Shown here piece by piece: positions 58,562 to 64,000 of a stretch of DNA of 64,000 nucleotides (position 1 is the stretch's first letter; every line of letters begins with the position of its first letter). A model generated the notes under the pieces. It saw nothing but the letters and a program-made list of their open reading frames with translations, was not told the DNA's origin and made no database searches. The DNA is taken from IMG/VR virus record IMGVR_UViG_3300025121_000023, positions 48,561 through 112,560 of that record, one strand, 5' to 3'. A program made the translations under genes and the position numbers. This stretch comes from a virus.

Positions 58562-58810
58562 CTATTTTTTAATATTTGAAGAAATGTAATTTTTATAAAA
58601 TGTGATTTTTTTCATATCGTGTAAAATCTTTAAACAATCATCACAAACACCTAATATATAGATATCACCATCTAATGAACTACCAAATCCTGCTGATATT
58701 TTATCAACAATTCCATCAGCCCACATACAATTCTCTAAACTATCATCTGGTGAACCAATTATCTTTTTAATTAATTTATTACACCTTATACAATTATAAC
58801 TAGTTTTCAT
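58562..58810 (-). CDS. Small Zn-binding hypothetical protein
   Basis: CIRC and CDDC motifs, with SAGFGSSLDGD between them. Confidence 0.65.
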   Translation of the reverse strand: MKTSYNCIRCNKLIKKIIGSPDDSLENCMWADGIVDKISAGFGSSLDGDIYILGVCDDCLKILHDMKKITFYKNYISSNIKK

Positions 58811-58990
58811 TTAAATTTATTTAATTTAAAATATATATTAAAATATATATTTTAAGTTTTAAAAAATTATAAATAAATATATGCTAACATTAGATAATTT
58901 TATGAATTTCGAAATTATTAATTTAAATTAATTAATTTCATATTTCTATATATTTTTTTTAATATATAATTTAAAATGTAATATTTATAA

Positions 58991-60886
58991 ATGATAGATA
59001 TAATTTATATAGGTAATAATAAAAATAATCGTTTTGAAATATTAAATGCTAATGATAATTATTTTATTAATAGATTTGATTGGAAAGAATATAATTTATC
59101 TACATTAAATAACAATATCGATTTAATAGTTTTAGAAGAACCTACAGATACAAAATTTAAAGGGACTTGTAAGGAAATTAAAAATTCTGGACTATTTAAT
59201 AATATTCCCATAGTCGTTTTAATGTCTACATTTATAGAAGGTGATTGTACAGCCGATTTAATAATATCAGATAGTATTAATGATATTGAATTTTCATATC
59301 ATATAAAAACTGTAATTAAAAATAGAATTATTAAAAAACAATTAGATAAAGAAAAAAAACTTTATGAAACAATTTATAATGAACAAGATAAGTATAGAAA
59401 TATGATTGAAAATATGAAAAGTGGAGTTGGTGTTTTACAATCATTTGATAATGGAAATACATTTGTTTTTATAGAATTTAATAAATATGCTCAAAATTTA
59501 TTTAAAAAAAGAGATGTAATAGGAAAAAAAATATTAGACGCATTACCAGAATTAAAAGATACCGACATTAATGAAATTATATATGATGTTTGGAAAAATG
59601 GTAAATCTAAAAAAATAGATGAATTTAAATTTTGTGATAATAAAAATGATATTTGGGGATCAGCTTTTATTTATAAATTAGTAACTACTGACGAAATAGT
59701 ATGTATTATAGATAATATAACAGATCATAAAAATATACAAGATAGATTAAATTTTGAAAAAGAAAATGCTATAGAAATTAATAAATTTAAAAGTGCATTA
59801 TTAATTAATATGGCACACGAAATAAGAGTACCTATTCAATCTATAATGGGATTTACTGATTTAATAATTAAAAATAATTTAACAAAAGAAAAAATTTTAA
59901 ATTATCTTGATATAATTAAAAGTTCATCTGACTCATTATTAACAATAGTTAATGACATTACCGAATTATCTAAAATTGAAAATAATAAAATAAAAATTCA
60001 TAAAAACCCATTTAATGTTAAATTATTAATGAACAATTTAAGTATTGAATGTAAAGAAAATTTTAGAAAATATACTGATATTAAATTTAAATTAGATATT
60101 CCAAAATACGAATATGTATTATATAGTGATCATGGAAAAATAAAACAAGTTTTGAATAATTTAATTAACAATGCTTTAAAATTTACAAATAAAGGTACAA
60201 TAACTTGTGGATATATATTAAAAAGAAATGATATTGAATTTTTTGTTAAAGATACTGGTATTGGAATAGATAAAAAAAATATAGATATTGTATTTGAACG
60301 TTTTGTACAATTAAATGATAAAGAAGTAAATAAACACGGGTTAGGATTAGGTCTAACTATATCTAAATCAATTGTAGAATTATTAGGTGGAAAAATATGG
60401 GTTACTTCTAAAAAAAATGTAGGATCTACATTTTATTTTTCAATTCCATTAGAAAAAGGAATTGAAGATGATATTAAAATAAGTAAAATATCCTTAAATA
60501 ATTTAAATAAAAGTTATGATTGGAAAAATAAAAAAGTTTTGATTGTCGAAGATAATTTTAATAATTACCTATTAACCGAAATTGTTTTATCTCAAACCAA
60601 TATTATAATCGATCACGCCAAAGATTTAAATAATTTTATTAATTTAATAAATAAAAATGCTTATGATATTATATTAATGGATTTTCAATTACCTGATGGT
60701 GATGGTTATGATCTTTTAGAATACATGAACCAAAATAATATACATACACCTGTAATTATAATTTCGGCATTTGCATCTAAAGATGATGAATTGGAATTAT
60801 ATAAATTAGGAATAGATTCTTATATGGCTAAACCTATTAAATGGGATTATCTATATCATAGTATGGATAAAATATTATCTAAATAA
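58991..60886 (+). CDS. Hybrid sensor histidine kinase (degenerate REC-PAS-HisKA-HATPase-REC)
   Basis: NMAHEIRVP, NLINNALKFT, DTGIGI, GLGLGLTI and VEDN...LMDFQLPDGDG...AKP. Confidence 0.9.
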   Translation: MIDIIYIGNNKNNRFEILNANDNYFINRFDWKEYNLSTLNNNIDLIVLEEPTDTKFKGTCKEIKNSGLFNNIPIVVLMSTFIEGDCTADLIISDSINDIEFSYHIKTVIKNRIIKKQLDKEKKLYETIYNEQDKYRNMIENMKSGVGVLQSFDNGNTFVFIEFNKYAQNLFKKRDVIGKKILDALPELKDTDINEIIYDVWKNGKSKKIDEFKFCDNKNDIWGSAFIYKLVTTDEIVCIIDNITDHKNIQDRLNFEKENAIEINKFKSALLINMAHEIRVPIQSIMGFTDLIIKNNLTKEKILNYLDIIKSSSDSLLTIVNDITELSKIENNKIKIHKNPFNVKLLMNNLSIECKENFRKYTDIKFKLDIPKYEYVLYSDHGKIKQVLNNLINNALKFTNKGTITCGYILKRNDIEFFVKDTGIGIDKKNIDIVFERFVQLNDKEVNKHGLGLGLTISKSIVELLGGKIWVTSKKNVGSTFYFSIPLEKGIEDDIKISKISLNNLNKSYDWKNKKVLIVEDNFNNYLLTEIVLSQTNIIIDHAKDLNNFINLINKNAYDIILMDFQLPDGDGYDLLEYMNQNNIHTPVIIISAFASKDDELELYKLGIDSYMAKPIKWDYLYHSMDKILSK

Positions 60887-60983
60887 TATATTTTTTACCT
60901 TGTTATTTTATCAAATATAAATTATTTTTTATAAAAAAAGTAATTTTTTTTATTTAAAACAGATCTTTTTAATATATAATTAT

Positions 60984-61247
60984 ATGGAAATAAGAAACGA
61001 AAATTTCGAAAAAGGAAAAGAAAGTACTATTCGAACAGAAAAATATAAAAAATATGCTAAAATACTTACACAAGTAGAAACAAATCTTTTATATAAAAAA
61101 GAAATTATTAAAGATAATTTAAAATTAGAAAACCAACGAGAAGATGATATTACACAATTACTAAAAATAATTTCTGATGAATTGAAAAATGATGGTATAA
61201 CTAAAATTATGGTTAATGGAAGAATTTTAAGAATTATTGAAGATTAA
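60984..61247 (+). CDS. Hypothetical protein
   Basis: 87 aa downstream of the phage promoter motif. Confidence 0.6.
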   Translation: MEIRNENFEKGKESTIRTEKYKKYAKILTQVETNLLYKKEIIKDNLKLENQREDDITQLLKIISDELKNDGITKIMVNGRILRIIED

Positions 61248-61294
61248 AATTTAACCTACGTATATTTTATATATAATAAAAAAATTAAATTAAT

Positions 61295-62680
61295 ATGGCT
61301 AATTCATATGTAAGAGTTCCACCTGATGGAGTAGGTAAAAAAATATATTCTCAATCTCATACAATAGGTGCTGATAGTGTTCAAGTTCAAGGTATTCACA
61401 TAGTAGATCCAACTGATCCAACAATAGGACAAAGAATAGATCAAAAAGGTTCTGCATATACTCGCTTTGCTGAAGGTGAACCTATTATGTCATCTTATGA
61501 ATTATTAAAAGTAACTGATGAAAATTTAATAGGAGTTTATGAACATACAATTGATTCTTATGATGATTTGTTTTATACAGATATAGTTAATAGCGGAACT
61601 TCGGTATTTGATGAATCTATTTCAAGTGTTAAATTATCAACTACATCAAATGCAACATCTAAAGTAGTAAGAACTACAAATAGATATCATTATTATCAAC
61701 AAGGTGTTCCACAATTAATAATCATGGCTACATCTTGTGGTGATAACGGTAAAACTAATAATATTAGAAGATGGGGTTATTATGATGATAATGATGGAAT
61801 GTTTTTTGAATTAAATGGAACTACTTTATATGTAGTACATCGTTCTAATATTACTGGTTCTCCAGTAGATGTTAAAGTTGCACAGGCTGATTGGAATATT
61901 GATAAATTAGATGGTACTGGTATTTCAGGAATAAATTTAGATGTTACTACAGTATGGCAATATTTTTTTAATGCTAACTGGCCAGGTGGAACATGTAGAA
62001 TGGGTGTTTATGATACTTTAGGTAGAATTGTATGTCACGAATTTACAAATTCTGGTAATATTTCTGCACCTACAATAAGAACATTATCATTACCTATAAG
62101 ATGGGAAAATGCAAATGTCGGTTCTGTTGCATCTGGTAGTGATTTAAATGAAATTATGGCTGTTGTAAAAACTGAAGGAAAACCAGATTATACTTTTTGG
62201 AGATTTAGTGATATCGAAACATTGGGTAAAGTAGTCACTGATCCATATACACCAGTTTTATCAGCTAAAGCAAAAATACTTTTAGATAATGGTAGTCATA
62301 ATCACATAGAAACTTATCCAGAAACATTATCCGTTTTTAGTTCAGGTGCTTCTATAAAAGTTGATTTAGTATGGTGTGATTCTGAAATTCTTTCTGGCGC
62401 AACTTGGTTATTAGATAGTGTAGATGGTCCTATTTTAGGTGATGATGAAGCAGTTTCTATTGATACAGAAGCAGATAGTTATTGGCAATCAATTACACAT
62501 TATGTTACTGCAAATATTCCTACAAATATTAATTTAACACCTTTTTTTGAATTAAATGATGAAGGTATTACATTAAGTGCAGATGGTCTTACACAAGGAG
62601 CTTTAAGTTTTGTAGTAACTTTATTAGAAGGAACGTCTGCAACTGTTTCTATGAATATGTCATATAGAGGACTTTATTAA
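61295..62680 (+). CDS. Probable virion structural (beta-rich) protein
   Basis: G/S/T/D-rich composition with RRWGYYDDNDGMFFE and WNIDKLDGTG motifs typical of phage tail-associated proteins. Confidence 0.55.
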   Translation: MANSYVRVPPDGVGKKIYSQSHTIGADSVQVQGIHIVDPTDPTIGQRIDQKGSAYTRFAEGEPIMSSYELLKVTDENLIGVYEHTIDSYDDLFYTDIVNSGTSVFDESISSVKLSTTSNATSKVVRTTNRYHYYQQGVPQLIIMATSCGDNGKTNNIRRWGYYDDNDGMFFELNGTTLYVVHRSNITGSPVDVKVAQADWNIDKLDGTGISGINLDVTTVWQYFFNANWPGGTCRMGVYDTLGRIVCHEFTNSGNISAPTIRTLSLPIRWENANVGSVASGSDLNEIMAVVKTEGKPDYTFWRFSDIETLGKVVTDPYTPVLSAKAKILLDNGSHNHIETYPETLSVFSSGASIKVDLVWCDSEILSGATWLLDSVDGPILGDDEAVSIDTEADSYWQSITHYVTANIPTNINLTPFFELNDEGITLSADGLTQGALSFVVTLLEGTSATVSMNMSYRGLY

Positions 62681-62758
62681 TAAGTATATTTTTTTAATAC
62701 TATTCTTTTTTTAATACTACTCTTTTTATATATATTTAAAAATATTCTACTATAATAA

Positions 62759-64000
62759 ATGCTAATATATGATTTCGGATATTGGGAAAATTGGTTAAAT
62801 CCACATAAAGTTACATTTGATCCTGAAAATAAACTTATTATAATAAATCCTGGTGTAACTTCACTAGATGTTGGTATTGATTTATATAGTGATTGGAAAG
62901 AATGGGTTTTACAATATGATAATGCTAAATGGGCATCCGCCTTTAGATCAATTGGAGGTGACCCTACATCATCTACACAGAATGCACCTGCTTATTATTT
63001 CTTAACTAATGGTTGGAAAATTTATGCAGAAGATGTTGAAGTAGTTATTCAGTTAAATCTTTATTCAGATGATGGGTTAAGTCCATTTATTATTAATAAT
63101 GCTGCCGTAACAAATAGAGGTTCTGACGTTCCTATTGTAAAATCAGAATTAGAACAAAGATTGACTTATGGAGATAGAATATATTATGACGAAAATTCAC
63201 CTTATTCTGGTGTTATTTATCCTTATGGAACTATTGCTCAACCTATTAATAATCCAGAAGATGCTGAATCAATTGCAGCGGCATTTGGTATAACCCAATT
63301 TTATTCATTAAGTGATGTAACATTATTAAGTACAACAACAACTTGGGAAGGATATTCAGTTGTTGCAGCAAATGCTAATTTAACTGCTATGTTAGATGTT
63401 GAAGCTTATCATAATAATATGGTATGGACAGGATTTATAATTGATGGTAATTTTGGTCACGGTGTTGTTAAATTAGAAAACTGTGTTATTATAAATGCAT
63501 TATATTTATCTGGTGAAATAAAAAATAGTCAAATTAATGGTACTATTATTGTTTCTAATGATTTAGTTATATCTGGTTGTTATGGTGGTATTGCAGGTTC
63601 TTCTACACCAATTTTTGATATGAATTCTGGAAATACTACATCTTTATCATTAAGATCTTTTTCGGGTGGTGTTCAAATAATAAATTGTGATACTTCCGGA
63701 TGTACTACTACAATTGAACTTATTGCAGGGCAAGTCAAATTAGAACCTAGTTGTACTGCTGGTTATATTGATTTACGTGGTGTTGGTTATATTACCAATA
63801 ATTCAAATGGTTCAACAGTTAAAACAACAGGATTTATTGACTCATATGAAGAATTTATTAACGAATCAAAAACACTTAACGAACAATTATCATATCAAAA
63901 CGAATTATTCTATGATCCAATTAATGGTATAACAGGTATAACATATCCCGTTGGAACATCTGCCTATCCTTCAAATAATATTCCTCATTTATATTATTTA
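62759..64000 (+). CDS. Partial probable tail/virion protein (runs off the window end)
   Basis: Manual translation MLIYDFGYWENWLNPHKVTFDPENK...DLYSDWKEW..., with an internal repeat EQ.L.Y....YD....G..YP.GT...P.NN at about 63150 and 63880. Confidence 0.7.
   Translation, partial: MLIYDFGYWENWLNPHKVTFDPENKLIIINPGVTSLDVGIDLYSDWKEWVLQYDNAKWASAFRSIGGDPTSSTQNAPAYYFLTNGWKIYAEDVEVVIQLNLYSDDGLSPFIINNAAVTNRGSDVPIVKSELEQRLTYGDRIYYDENSPYSGVIYPYGTIAQPINNPEDAESIAAAFGITQFYSLSDVTLLSTTTTWEGYSVVAANANLTAMLDVEAYHNNMVWTGFIIDGNFGHGVVKLENCVIINALYLSGEIKNSQINGTIIVSNDLVISGCYGGIAGSSTPIFDMNSGNTTSLSLRSFSGGVQIINCDTSGCTTTIELIAGQVKLEPSCTAGYIDLRGVGYITNNSNGSTVKTTGFIDSYEEFINESKTLNEQLSYQNELFYDPINGITGITYPVGTSAYPSNNIPHLYYL

Noticed and set aside
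1-64000. CRISPR array
   Set aside because: No repeat-spacer pattern was found. The 41-bp, 60-nt LRR and EKIVEV repeats are contiguous or coding.
1-64000. Stop-codon reassignment
   Set aside because: Known genes are full length in the standard code, and TAA, TAG and TGA all end recognisable genes. The in-frame stops at 37630-37917 are of mixed types, consistent with decay.

Overview
This AT-rich window is densely coding in the standard genetic code and looks like part of a large (jumbo, T4-superfamily-like) phage genome. Repeated TAnnTTTG promoters and two Bacteroidota-style hybrid kinases point to a Bacteroidota host. Core phage genes include a gp46/SbcC ATPase, a gp13-like neck protein, a family B DNA polymerase lacking its C-terminal half, an NAD+ ligase lacking its C-terminal domains, a tape-measure-like protein and tail-like proteins. 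Host-type genes include smpB, deoC, an AsnRS-like catalytic domain, an SPFH protein, a VWA protein, a WYL-like protein, a DNA methyltransferase, two GcvH-like membrane proteins and two PAS hybrid histidine kinases. Mobile genes are one intact solo TnpB and eight intact plus one decayed free-standing endonuclease genes in three families. The most notable signals not covered by the ORF track are: (1) about 18 unrelated proteins share an N-terminal leader resembling the T4 capsid-targeting sequence, and a second motif recurs internally, suggesting polyproteins; (2) two perfect chromosomal parS palindromes sit inside phage ORFs; (3) a candidate structured ncRNA of about 260 nt follows a promoter and a boxA-like motif; (4) a sigma54-type promoter with enhancer-like sites precedes the GcvH-like pair; (5) LRR proteins vary mainly at NAT-type codons; (6) one gene has a terminator-like hairpin before its stop codon; (7) two unannotated, divergent ribbon-helix-helix genes and a tRNA-like element are present. 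All calls come from reading motifs by eye; no database searches were run.
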